The notes below the pieces were generated by a model that was not told the DNA's origin, made no database searches, and was given only the letters and a program-made list of their open reading frames with translations. DNA of 64,000 nt from an uncultured Planctomycetaceae bacterium (lineage in GTDB: Bacteria; Planctomycetota; Phycisphaerae; SM23-33): the NCBI GenBank assembly GCA_964531695.1, contig CAZHEH010000001.1, forward strand, positions 195,546 through 259,545, written 5' to 3'. A program made the translations under genes and the position numbers. Positions within the stretch are counted from its first letter, which is position 1. Each line of letters starts with the position of its first letter. Below are positions 1 to 8,520 of the stretch, piece by piece.

Positions 1-1087
1 GGACGGCGGATCGGGGCTCATCCGGCAGAGCGAGTTTTTCCTCTATTCGAAGAAGGACCGCGAGGCCGTGGACCGCTGCCGGGAGTTGGGCTTCGACTAC
101 CCGCAGGTGACCGGCTGGATCCGCGCGGTCAAGGCCGACTTCAAGCTCGTCAAGGACATGAACCTGGAGGAGACGGGCATCCTGACGAGCTGCAGCGACT
201 ACCACATCTTCCTGAAGCTCAAGAAGACCCGCCGCCAGGCGATGGAGATGTACCTCGACATCGCGCGGTCGGCGCTGGACGCGGGCATCACGCCCCGGTG
301 CCACTTCGAGGACCTGACGCGTGCGGACGTGCCGGGCTTCGTGGTGCCCTTCGCCGCGGAGCTGATGAAGCTGCGCGAGGAGTACGGGCGGGACGTGAAG
401 ATCCGCCTGTGCGACACGATGGGCTTCGGAGTCCCGTGGCCGAACGCGAAGCTGCCGCGATCGGTGCCGAAGATCGTCCACGCGATGATCCACGACGCCG
501 GCGTGCCGGGCCACCTGCTCTCGTGGCACGGGCACAACGACTTCCACAAGGTGCTGGCCAACCCGGCCACGGCGTGGCTCTACGGCTGCTCGGCGTGCAA
601 CGGCTCGCTGCTGGGTCTCGGCGAGCGGACCGGCAACACGCCCATCGAGGGCATGGTCATCGAGGCGGGCCAGATGCGCGGGCAGGACGAACGCGTCGAC
701 TACAAGGTCATCACCGAGATCGCCCGCTACTACCGCGACGAGATCGGCGAGGGCATCCCCCACGGCTACCCGCTGGTCGGGCGCGACTTCAACACGACGC
801 GGGCCGGCATCCACGCCGACGGCCTGCTCAAGAGCGAGGAAATCTACAGCCCGTTCAACACGCTGAAGGTTCTCGACCGCCCCATGGGCGTGGCGATCAC
901 CGACAAGTCCGGCGCCGCGGGCATTAAGCACTGGATCGAGGGCTACTACGGCGGGAACGTCGCCAAGGATGACCCCCGGCTGATCAAGATCCGCGACCGC
1001 GTCGAGCAGGAGTATGAGGACGGCCGGACGACCGCCATAAGCGACGAGGAGATGCACGCCTGGTACGCCGAGGCGTTCGGCGAGTAG
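1..1087 (+). CDS. HMGL-like (DRE-TIM metallolyase) family protein, 2-isopropylmalate/homocitrate/citramalate synthase-like; 5' end truncated by window edge
   Basis: Reading frame is open from nt 2 with no upstream stop, so the gene begins before the window. Motifs 'HGHNDFHKVLAN' and 'GLGERTGN' match the LeuA/NifV/CimA catalytic TIM barrel, followed by a C-terminal roughly 100-aa domain. Confidence 0.7.
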   Translation, partial: DGGSGLIRQSEFFLYSKKDREAVDRCRELGFDYPQVTGWIRAVKADFKLVKDMNLEETGILTSCSDYHIFLKLKKTRRQAMEMYLDIARSALDAGITPRCHFEDLTRADVPGFVVPFAAELMKLREEYGRDVKIRLCDTMGFGVPWPNAKLPRSVPKIVHAMIHDAGVPGHLLSWHGHNDFHKVLANPATAWLYGCSACNGSLLGLGERTGNTPIEGMVIEAGQMRGQDERVDYKVITEIARYYRDEIGEGIPHGYPLVGRDFNTTRAGIHADGLLKSEEIYSPFNTLKVLDRPMGVAITDKSGAAGIKHWIEGYYGGNVAKDDPRLIKIRDRVEQEYEDGRTTAISDEEMHAWYAEAFGE

Positions 1088-1281
1088 TCGCTCGTGGCGC
1101 GGCGTTGGTGGGTTCTGGTCGGCAGCCGGTAGCCGGTGACAGTGGCGGCATACGTCGCGCTGGGTGATCCCTGCCGGCTGAGGGCTCGCCGGGATTCCCG
1201 CGATACGGGCGTCTTGGTTGCGTTTTGCATGGGGTGTGAGTCCGCGCCGATCCGTAGAATAGGTGCGAGCGAGGGCCGCCC

Positions 1282-4200
1282 ATGACCACGCTACCAATGC
1301 AGATCGGGCCCAGCGGCGCCGAGTCGGTCTTCCACAAGCTGACGGCCGTGCAGACGCGCCGCTGGACGCTCCGCGTATTGACCGCGGCCGCCGTCACCGC
1401 CACCCTCTTCGTTTCCGCCCTGCTAGTCGTCTCGGCCGTGGCGGGCTACGCGCCCGGCGTAGCCGCGCTGCGGTGGTCCCTGCGTCTGGCCTTGGTGGCG
1501 ATCGCGGGCTTCGCCGTGGTGTGGTTCCTCGGGCGGGCGGTCATCTGGCGACAGAACCCCGCCCAAACCGCACGCTTCGTCGAGCAGCACCTGCCCGAAC
1601 TGCACAACGAGTTGATCAACGTGGTCCTGCTGGCGGGAGACCGCGAGCAGGCCGACGGCGCGTTCGTGGAGGAAGCCATCCGCGAGGCCGTGCGGCGAAC
1701 CGGCACGGTCGATCTGGAGGCGAGCATCTCGACGCGTCCTTTGCGTAAGGCGGGGCTGGCGCTCGCGCTGGCGGGGACGCTGCTGGCGGCCTTCGCGGCG
1801 CTGCAGCCGGGACCGTTCCGGCACGGGCTGCGGGCCGTCGTGCTCGGCCCGGAAGCGAAGGCCGGGCTCGGTGCCGCCCAGGCGGCGAACATCGACCTCC
1901 AAGGCGTCGCGCCGGGCGACGCGGCCGTGTTCCCCGGCGACCGCGTGCAGGTCGATCTGCTCGTAGGCGGGCCGGACGTCGAGGGTCTCACCGGCGCCAC
2001 CGACGCGGAGCCGCGCATCGCCGAGCTGGCCGGCCGGCTGGACGCCCACATCGAGACGCCCGACGGGCGGACGATCCCGCTCGGCAACCCGCGCCTACGG
2101 CCAGGCGGCGTCCTGAAGCTCTCGGGGCTGCTGGCCGAGCACGCGAAGGCGGACGTCGAGTATGCCGTCACTGCCGGCGGGCAACGGCTGCCCGCACGGC
2201 CGGGGGCGTTCTATCGGCTCAGCGTGGTCCGCATCGAAGGACTGGACATCACCACGACCTATCCGGAGTACCTCGCCGAGGGCGACGAGCCGGAGACCCT
2301 CCGCGACGCTTCCGAGGAGCAGCGCAACCTGCGCCTGCCGGTCGGCACGGGCGTGGCACTGTCGCTGCGCGTCTCGGCGCCGGTACCGTCCGCGGCGCTC
2401 CGACTGAACGAGGAGCGGCTCGTCATGCGTCCTACGCCCGGCCGGCGGGCTTTGCGAGCGTCCTTCCCCGTCACGGAGGACGCCACGTATCGAATCGAGG
2501 TTCACGATTCGGACGGCGACGTGCGCCTTACAGCGCCGAGCCACGGCGGCGCGTACACCGTCACCGCCGTGGCGGACGAGCCGCCGCGGATTGCCTTCCA
2601 AGCCCCCGCCAAGGACGTTCCGGTCGCCCCGGGGGACGCGTTGGAGACCATCATCGCCGCGTCGGACGACCACGGGCTGACGGAAGTCGTCTTCCACGCC
2701 GGGCCGAAAGGCGGCGAGATGCGGCCCGTGGAGACCTTCCGCCTCAACGGCCGGGCGTCACGCCGGATCGAGTACGCCTTCCCCCTGCCGCCCGCGGCGA
2801 AGATGGGCGACGTGTACGTCTACTACGCCACGGCCACGGACAATCGCCGCCTGCGGGGCATGGGCCCGCAGACAAGGCGGACGGATGACTTCGAGATCCA
2901 CGTCCAGGACGCCGACCGTCTCGCCGCCCGGAAGGCCGCACGTTACGACGAGCTGCGCAGGCGGCTGCTGGCGATCCTGCGGCAGCAACAGACCCAGCGG
3001 CTCAGCACGGCCCTGTGCCTGCGGGGCGAGGCCAAGCTGGCGGAGGTGACGCGGCTCGGCGGCGAGATCGTCCGCGGGCAGGAACGGATCAAGTCCGCCT
3101 TGCGCGAGCTGGCGGTGGACTTCCCGTTCGACAGCGAGATGGTCGCGATTCGCCAGGCCGTGGCCGACCTGGCCGTGGACGAGGCCCAGCTCGCCATCGA
3201 CCAGGCCAAGGTCGTCGAGGGGCTGGACGCCCTGACCGGCCGGGCCGACGCCTGCGGCCCGCTCGCACAAACGCAGGACGACATCATCGACGCGATCGAG
3301 CGGCTTCTGGCCGTCATGCCCTCGATGGCCGGCAGGAAGGAGCACCCCGACGCGCCCGGCGGCGACCTGCCGCCCGAGGTGCAGGATAAGCTCCGGGAGC
3401 TCAAGGCGGCGCTCGAGCAGTTCGTGGAGGAGGAGGCCAAGGTCCTTGAAGCGACCGACCGCCTGGCCAAGACGCCCGTCGACGACTTCACCGATGAGGA
3501 ACGGGAACTTCTCGAGGCCCTCAAGGCCGTGCAGGACAAGTGGGAGGAGTTCCTCAACGAGCAGCTCACGGACTTCTCCAAGCTCGCCGAGCAGGATTTT
3601 TCCAACCCGGCGATGCTCGAGGAACTGATGTCCGTTCGGAACGATGTAACGATGGCGAAGGATGCGCTGGAGAAGCAGGCCGCGGAGATCGCCACGGCCT
3701 TCGAGGACAACGGCATCGAGAACGCCGAGGAACTGACGGCGAACCTCGAGAAGTGGCTGCCCGACGAGCCGGACCGGGAGAAATGGACCATGGAGGCCCC
3801 GCCCGAGGGCCAGGAGATGATCGAGCAGCCCGAGTTGCCGACGGAGCTGGAGGACCTCGTCGGCGAGCTGCTGGAGCAGGAGGAAGAGCTGTTCGAGGAG
3901 ATGGAGGACGTAACCAGCACGTACTTGGCCAGCTTCGACAAGGGCGCCGGCTGGGACGCAATGGACGGTCCGATCTCGAACATGAACGCCCAAGGTGTCA
4001 CGGGCAACCAGCTCCCGAACGACAACGAACTTACCGGCCGGAGCGGCGAGGGCCGCAGCGGACGCAGCAGCGGCGAGTTCGTGCAGGATGAGGCCGTCGG
4101 CAAGGGCGGGCGGCGCACGCCGACTCGACTGACGGATGACCCGTTCCAGCAGGGACAGGTCAAGGACAGCTCCACCGACTCGCCCGGCGGCGCGACGGGC

Positions 4201-4638
4201 GGCGGCAAGGTCTCCGGCGCCGGTGCCGAGGGGCTGGAGGGTTCCGTTCCGGCCCCGCTTCAGCGCGAGCTGGAGCGCCTGGCCGGCAAGCAGGCGAGCA
4301 TCCTGAGCCGGGCCGAGCGGCTGGAGGCGCGCTTCTCGGTCGGCGACTACTCGCACTTCCGGTTCCTCGAGGCGATCACGCTGATGAACCGCGTCCGCGA
4401 CGACCTGGAGCAATACCGCTACCGCAACGCCCTGCGGACTCGCGGGCGGGCCATCGGCGTACTGCGGCAGACGCACCTGATGCTCTCCGGCGAGGCGGAC
4501 GTCACCGTCGACGCCTCCCGCACGATGCCGAAGCGATCGCCGGACGACATCGCCGACGCCGAGGCGGCCGAGCTGCCCGCGGCCTACCGTGACGCGCTGC
4601 AGGAGTACTACCGCCGCCTGAGCGAATCGGCCGAGTAG
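1282..4638 (+). CDS. large membrane-anchored hypothetical protein (1118 aa) with extremely acidic coiled-coil C-terminal half
   Basis: Long ORF with GC3-rich codon usage. Two N-terminal hydrophobic helices (about aa 30-90) resemble the double-TM anchor of BatA-type proteins. The central region is beta-rich; the C-terminal part is Glu/Asp/Leu-rich with heptad-like segments (e.g. 'EELFEEMEDV'). No catalytic motif recognised. Confidence 0.7.
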   Translation: MTTLPMQIGPSGAESVFHKLTAVQTRRWTLRVLTAAAVTATLFVSALLVVSAVAGYAPGVAALRWSLRLALVAIAGFAVVWFLGRAVIWRQNPAQTARFVEQHLPELHNELINVVLLAGDREQADGAFVEEAIREAVRRTGTVDLEASISTRPLRKAGLALALAGTLLAAFAALQPGPFRHGLRAVVLGPEAKAGLGAAQAANIDLQGVAPGDAAVFPGDRVQVDLLVGGPDVEGLTGATDAEPRIAELAGRLDAHIETPDGRTIPLGNPRLRPGGVLKLSGLLAEHAKADVEYAVTAGGQRLPARPGAFYRLSVVRIEGLDITTTYPEYLAEGDEPETLRDASEEQRNLRLPVGTGVALSLRVSAPVPSAALRLNEERLVMRPTPGRRALRASFPVTEDATYRIEVHDSDGDVRLTAPSHGGAYTVTAVADEPPRIAFQAPAKDVPVAPGDALETIIAASDDHGLTEVVFHAGPKGGEMRPVETFRLNGRASRRIEYAFPLPPAAKMGDVYVYYATATDNRRLRGMGPQTRRTDDFEIHVQDADRLAARKAARYDELRRRLLAILRQQQTQRLSTALCLRGEAKLAEVTRLGGEIVRGQERIKSALRELAVDFPFDSEMVAIRQAVADLAVDEAQLAIDQAKVVEGLDALTGRADACGPLAQTQDDIIDAIERLLAVMPSMAGRKEHPDAPGGDLPPEVQDKLRELKAALEQFVEEEAKVLEATDRLAKTPVDDFTDEERELLEALKAVQDKWEEFLNEQLTDFSKLAEQDFSNPAMLEELMSVRNDVTMAKDALEKQAAEIATAFEDNGIENAEELTANLEKWLPDEPDREKWTMEAPPEGQEMIEQPELPTELEDLVGELLEQEEELFEEMEDVTSTYLASFDKGAGWDAMDGPISNMNAQGVTGNQLPNDNELTGRSGEGRSGRSSGEFVQDEAVGKGGRRTPTRLTDDPFQQGQVKDSSTDSPGGATGGGKVSGAGAEGLEGSVPAPLQRELERLAGKQASILSRAERLEARFSVGDYSHFRFLEAITLMNRVRDDLEQYRYRNALRTRGRAIGVLRQTHLMLSGEADVTVDASRTMPKRSPDDIADAEAAELPAAYRDALQEYYRRLSESAE

Positions 4639-4722
4639 CAACCCGGCCCGATGTGTCCATTTCCGGCCGGGGCTGCTACACTTCCGTCGAGCCGACGCCG
4701 CCCTTGCACCGTGAGGTGAGCC

Positions 4723-7011
4723 ATGCCCGAACGCTATATCGAAGCCATCCTCCGCTATCTCGCCGACCGGAACAGCCAGCCGGTCAAGCCCAAGCGGCTT
4801 GCCCGCATCCTGGGCGTAGCGGAGGAGGACTACGGCACGTTCCGCCAGGCGGTCAAGCAGCTCCGCGACTCCGGGCGGGTCGTCCTCGGCGAGGCCAACG
4901 CCATCACGCTGCCCGAGATGGGCAAGCGGATCATCGGCACGTACCGCGGCAAGCCCAAGGGCTTCGGCTTCGTCGTGCCGGAGCAGCCCACCGCCCATGG
5001 CGACCTGTACGTTCCCGAGGAGGGCCGCGGCGGAGCCATGACCGGCGACCGCGTGCTGGCCCGCGTCCGCTCACGCGGCAAGCGCGGCGGGCAGCAGATG
5101 TACGCCGGCCAGATCGTACAGATCCTCCGCCGCGGCCGGAGCCGCTTCGTCGGCGAGCTGCAGGAATCGCAGAACATGTGGTTCGTCGTGCCGGACGGCA
5201 GCGGCTTCACCACGCCCATCGTGATCCAGGACGTCCCGCGCGCCCGAGCCGGCACCGCCGGGCCGGGCAAGGGCTCCAAGGTCGTCGTCGAGATCACCCG
5301 CTACCCCGAACCCGGACGCCTGCCGGAGGGCGTCATCGTCGAGACCCTCGGCGACTCCGGCCCGGCCGAGGTCGAGACGAAGGCCGTCATCCGTGCCTAT
5401 GGCCTCGCCGAGGAGTTCGGCCGGGAGGCCCTTGACGAGGCCCGACGCGCGGTCCAGGAGTTCGACCCCGACGACCAGGAAGGGCGCGAGGATCTCAGCG
5501 ACCTGACGATCGCTACCATCGACCCGCCGGACGCCCGTGACTTCGACGACGCGATCAGCATCCAGGCCAACGGCGACGGCGAGGTGACACTCGGCATCCA
5601 CATCGCGGACGTGTCGCACTTCGTGCCCGAAGGCGGACCGCTGGACGAGGAGGCCCGCGAGCGAGGCACCAGCGCCTACTTCCCCACGATGGTCCTGCCC
5701 ATGCTGCCTGAGGTGCTCTCCAACGGCGTCTGCTCGCTCCAGGAGGGCCGCCCGCGACTGGCCAAGAGCGTCTTCATCACCTACGGCAAGGACGCAATGC
5801 CGGCGCGCACCCGCTTCGCCGAGACGATCATCCGCTCGGCCAAGCGGCTGACGTACCTTCAGGCGCAGGGCATCTGCGATGGCAAGACCGGCGGCCATGA
5901 CCAGGCCGTGGTCGACCTCGTGCGGCAGATGGACAAGCTCGCCCGGCGGATCGAAGCCCGTCGCCGGCAAGCCGGTATGCTGCACCTCGACCTGCCGGAC
6001 GTCGAGTTGGTGCTGGACGAGCATCAGCGCGTCACGGGCGTCGAGCCGGAGGATGAGTCCTACACGCACACGATCATCGAGATGTTCATGGTCGAGGCCA
6101 ACGAGGCCGTGGCGCGCCTGTTCGACCGCCTGGATCGGCCGGTCCTGCGGCGCGTGCACCCGCAGCCCGACCCCGCCGGGGAGGGGCAACTCCGCTCGTT
6201 CATCCGGGCCGCGGGGCACACGCTGCCGCGGGACATGGACCGCAAGGACATCCAGGCCCTGCTCGAATCGGTCAAGGGCAAGCCGGAGAGCTTCCCCGTC
6301 AACCTCGCGGTATTGAAGATGTTCCAGCAGGCCGAGTACTCGCCGATGCGGATCGGACACTACGCTCTGGCCAGCGAGGCCTACTGCCATTTCACGAGCC
6401 CCATCCGCCGCTATCCGGACCTGACCGTGCATCGTCTGCTGGCCGAGTACTGCCGGGGGACGATCGACACCCGCCCGCCGGAGGACGTCTCGGCGCTGGT
6501 CAAGCTCGGCGAGGACTGCACCGCCTGCGAGAAGCGGGCCGAGGACGCCGAGAACGAGGTCCGCGAGGTCCTCATGCTGCGCTACCTGGAGGACAAGGTC
6601 GGCCAAGAATACCCCGGCGCGGTCACGGGCGTGACGAACTTCGGCGTATTCGTGCGGCTGCATCCGTACGGCGTCGAGGGGCTGATCCGCCTGGAGGACC
6701 TCGGCGACGACTGGTGGGAGGTCGAGGCCCGCACGGGCACCGTCCGCGGCGAGCGGAGCGGGCGGAAGTACCGCATCGGCGACCCGCTGAAGGTCGTCAT
6801 CGCCAATGTGGACGTCTCGCGGCGCGAGCTGGACCTCACGCCCGCGCGGGACCAGGGCAAGGGCCGCGGCAAGAAGGCCTCGCAAAGGAAGAAATCCTCC
6901 GGCGGCAAGCCGCCCAGCAAGGCCAAGAGCCGCAAGTCGCGCAAGAAGTCCGGCGGACCCAAGAAGAAGAAGCCCAAGCGCCCGGCCGGCAAGAACCGCG
7001 ACAAGAAGTGA
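4723..7011 (+). CDS. rnr: ribonuclease R (3'-5' exoribonuclease, RNB family)
   Basis: RNB catalytic motifs 'DPPDARDFDDAIS' and 'HFTSPIRRYPDLTVHR'. N-terminal HTH/cold-shock-like region, C-terminal S1 domain and a Lys/Arg-rich tail typical of RNase R. Confidence 0.92.
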   Translation: MPERYIEAILRYLADRNSQPVKPKRLARILGVAEEDYGTFRQAVKQLRDSGRVVLGEANAITLPEMGKRIIGTYRGKPKGFGFVVPEQPTAHGDLYVPEEGRGGAMTGDRVLARVRSRGKRGGQQMYAGQIVQILRRGRSRFVGELQESQNMWFVVPDGSGFTTPIVIQDVPRARAGTAGPGKGSKVVVEITRYPEPGRLPEGVIVETLGDSGPAEVETKAVIRAYGLAEEFGREALDEARRAVQEFDPDDQEGREDLSDLTIATIDPPDARDFDDAISIQANGDGEVTLGIHIADVSHFVPEGGPLDEEARERGTSAYFPTMVLPMLPEVLSNGVCSLQEGRPRLAKSVFITYGKDAMPARTRFAETIIRSAKRLTYLQAQGICDGKTGGHDQAVVDLVRQMDKLARRIEARRRQAGMLHLDLPDVELVLDEHQRVTGVEPEDESYTHTIIEMFMVEANEAVARLFDRLDRPVLRRVHPQPDPAGEGQLRSFIRAAGHTLPRDMDRKDIQALLESVKGKPESFPVNLAVLKMFQQAEYSPMRIGHYALASEAYCHFTSPIRRYPDLTVHRLLAEYCRGTIDTRPPEDVSALVKLGEDCTACEKRAEDAENEVREVLMLRYLEDKVGQEYPGAVTGVTNFGVFVRLHPYGVEGLIRLEDLGDDWWEVEARTGTVRGERSGRKYRIGDPLKVVIANVDVSRRELDLTPARDQGKGRGKKASQRKKSSGGKPPSKAKSRKSRKKSGGPKKKKPKRPAGKNRDKK

Positions 7012-7134
7012 GCCGCCGACCCCGGACGACTGCGACGCCCGTGCCGGACCCAATGTAAGCCGCCCGCGTTGACACCTCCAGCGCCGGCGCCTAGGGTTGT
7101 CTGACTCGATTCACCCGACCGGAGAGGACACGCC

Positions 7135-8217
7135 GTGACCGAGCCGCTCAAGACCCACCTGCACGACAAGCACGTTGCGATGGAAGCCAACATGGCCGAG
7201 GAGGCCGGCTGGCTCGTGCCGCTGAGCTATGGCGACCCGCTGGCCGAGGTCTCCCACATCCGCGGCCGCGCGGGCGTGGCGGACCTGTCGCACATCGGCC
7301 GCATCCGCATCCGCGGCGATGAATCGCTCGACCTGCTGGAGCGGGCCTGCACGCACGACGTGGCCCACATGGAGGATGATACCGCGGCCGACACGCTCCT
7401 GCTGACCGAGCAGGCGGGCATCCTCGATCTCGCCCGGCTGATCCGCCTGGGGAGCTTCTGGGTGCTGCTGACCAGCCCGTCTCAGCGCACGGCCGTGCTG
7501 GAGCACTTGCAGCGTCTCGCGGAGGGCTTTTCCGCGAAGGTCGACGACCAGACGACCAAAACCAGCATGCTCGGCGTGGCCGGGCCGGAGGCGCCGGGCC
7601 TTCTCGACGCCGTGCTGCCCTTCCGCGCCAGCGGGCTGGCACCGGGGCAGGTGCTGTTCGGCACGCTGATGGTCGCCCGCTACATCGCACAGCGGGACGA
7701 CTTCGCCGGCGAGTGGGGCGTGCAGGTGCAGGTACCGGGCATGCTGGCCGGGCAGGCATGGCGGTTCATCACGGACAAGGCGGGCGACAACGCCCTTCCG
7801 CCGGTCGGCACGGCCGCGCTGGACGTGCTGCGCATCGAGACCGGCCGACTCCGCTACGGGCATGAGATCAACCAGACGATCGACCCGTTGACCGCCGGGC
7901 TGGAGCCGCTCATCGACTGGGAGCACGAATTCGTCGGGCACGACTCGCTGGCCGCGATGCGCGATAAGCGCCCTTCCCGCCGGCTCGCGGGCCTCGTGCT
8001 GGACGTCGGACCGGCCGGGCCGATCCCCCGCATGGGAGACACTGTCGCCACCCCCGACGGCCGGGAGATCGGCACCGTCACCAGCGGAACGTTCTCCCCG
8101 CGGCTCGCAGCCCCTATCGCCATGGCGTACGTCGCAGCCGACACGGCCGAGGGCGCTGAGGTTCGGGTCGGCGAGGCGCAGACGCCCGCCCGTGTACGCG
8201 GGCTGCCGTTCGCTTAG
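7135..8217 (+). CDS. aminomethyltransferase (glycine cleavage system T protein) family folate-binding protein
   Basis: N-terminal pattern 'GWLVPLSY...EVSHIRGRAGVADLSHIGRIRIRG' matches the GcvT signature (FDVSHMGK..G). GGAGAGG RBS lies 7 nt upstream of the GTG start. No gcvH or gcvP is adjacent, so a YgfZ-like role is possible. Confidence 0.65.
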   Translation: MTEPLKTHLHDKHVAMEANMAEEAGWLVPLSYGDPLAEVSHIRGRAGVADLSHIGRIRIRGDESLDLLERACTHDVAHMEDDTAADTLLLTEQAGILDLARLIRLGSFWVLLTSPSQRTAVLEHLQRLAEGFSAKVDDQTTKTSMLGVAGPEAPGLLDAVLPFRASGLAPGQVLFGTLMVARYIAQRDDFAGEWGVQVQVPGMLAGQAWRFITDKAGDNALPPVGTAALDVLRIETGRLRYGHEINQTIDPLTAGLEPLIDWEHEFVGHDSLAAMRDKRPSRRLAGLVLDVGPAGPIPRMGDTVATPDGREIGTVTSGTFSPRLAAPIAMAYVAADTAEGAEVRVGEAQTPARVRGLPFA

Positions 8218-8520
8218 CAGTCCGTTGAAGACTGGTTTCCGTCGCGAGATCGAGCGGAACGGGCGAGCACCCAGGAGCGGAAATGCAGGTTCCGCCGGGG
8301 TCGAATTTCCGCGTCACAGACGCGCAGGCCGTTCGGACGATCGCAGCAGGAACAGCGTCTTCAACGAGCTGCTAGCCAAGCTGGGGGCAAGTACCCTCCT
8401 GCTCCGCGCGGGGTGACTAGGTACGCCTGCAATCCGTGGCCGGGGGACAGGTCCGGGCAAGCCGGCCGTGCCGGAATGCCATCCCCAGGCGGCTCGCAGC
8501 GCTTGACTTGCCCCCGCCCC

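Noticed and set aside
1220-1260. TAGAAT -10-like hexamer upstream of the 1118-aa gene
   Set aside because: No acceptable -35 element at 16-19 nt spacing, so too weak to call a promoter.
5071-7053. 660-aa minus-strand ORF antisense to rnr
   Set aside because: Arg/Ala/Gly/Leu-dominated translation typical of antisense reading of GC-rich genes. No motifs. Fully overlapped by the well-supported RNase R gene.
7060-7100. TTGACA hexamer (7067-7072) upstream of the GcvT-like gene
   Set aside because: The downstream -10 candidate 'TAGGGT' is poor. Retained only as a note.
8413-8520. Upstream in-frame ATG for lysS giving a 36-aa N-terminal extension
   Set aside because: The extension (MTRYACNPWPGDRSGQAGRAG...) is non-conserved and Gly/Arg/Pro-rich. 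The canonical LysRS N-terminus begins at ATG 8521.
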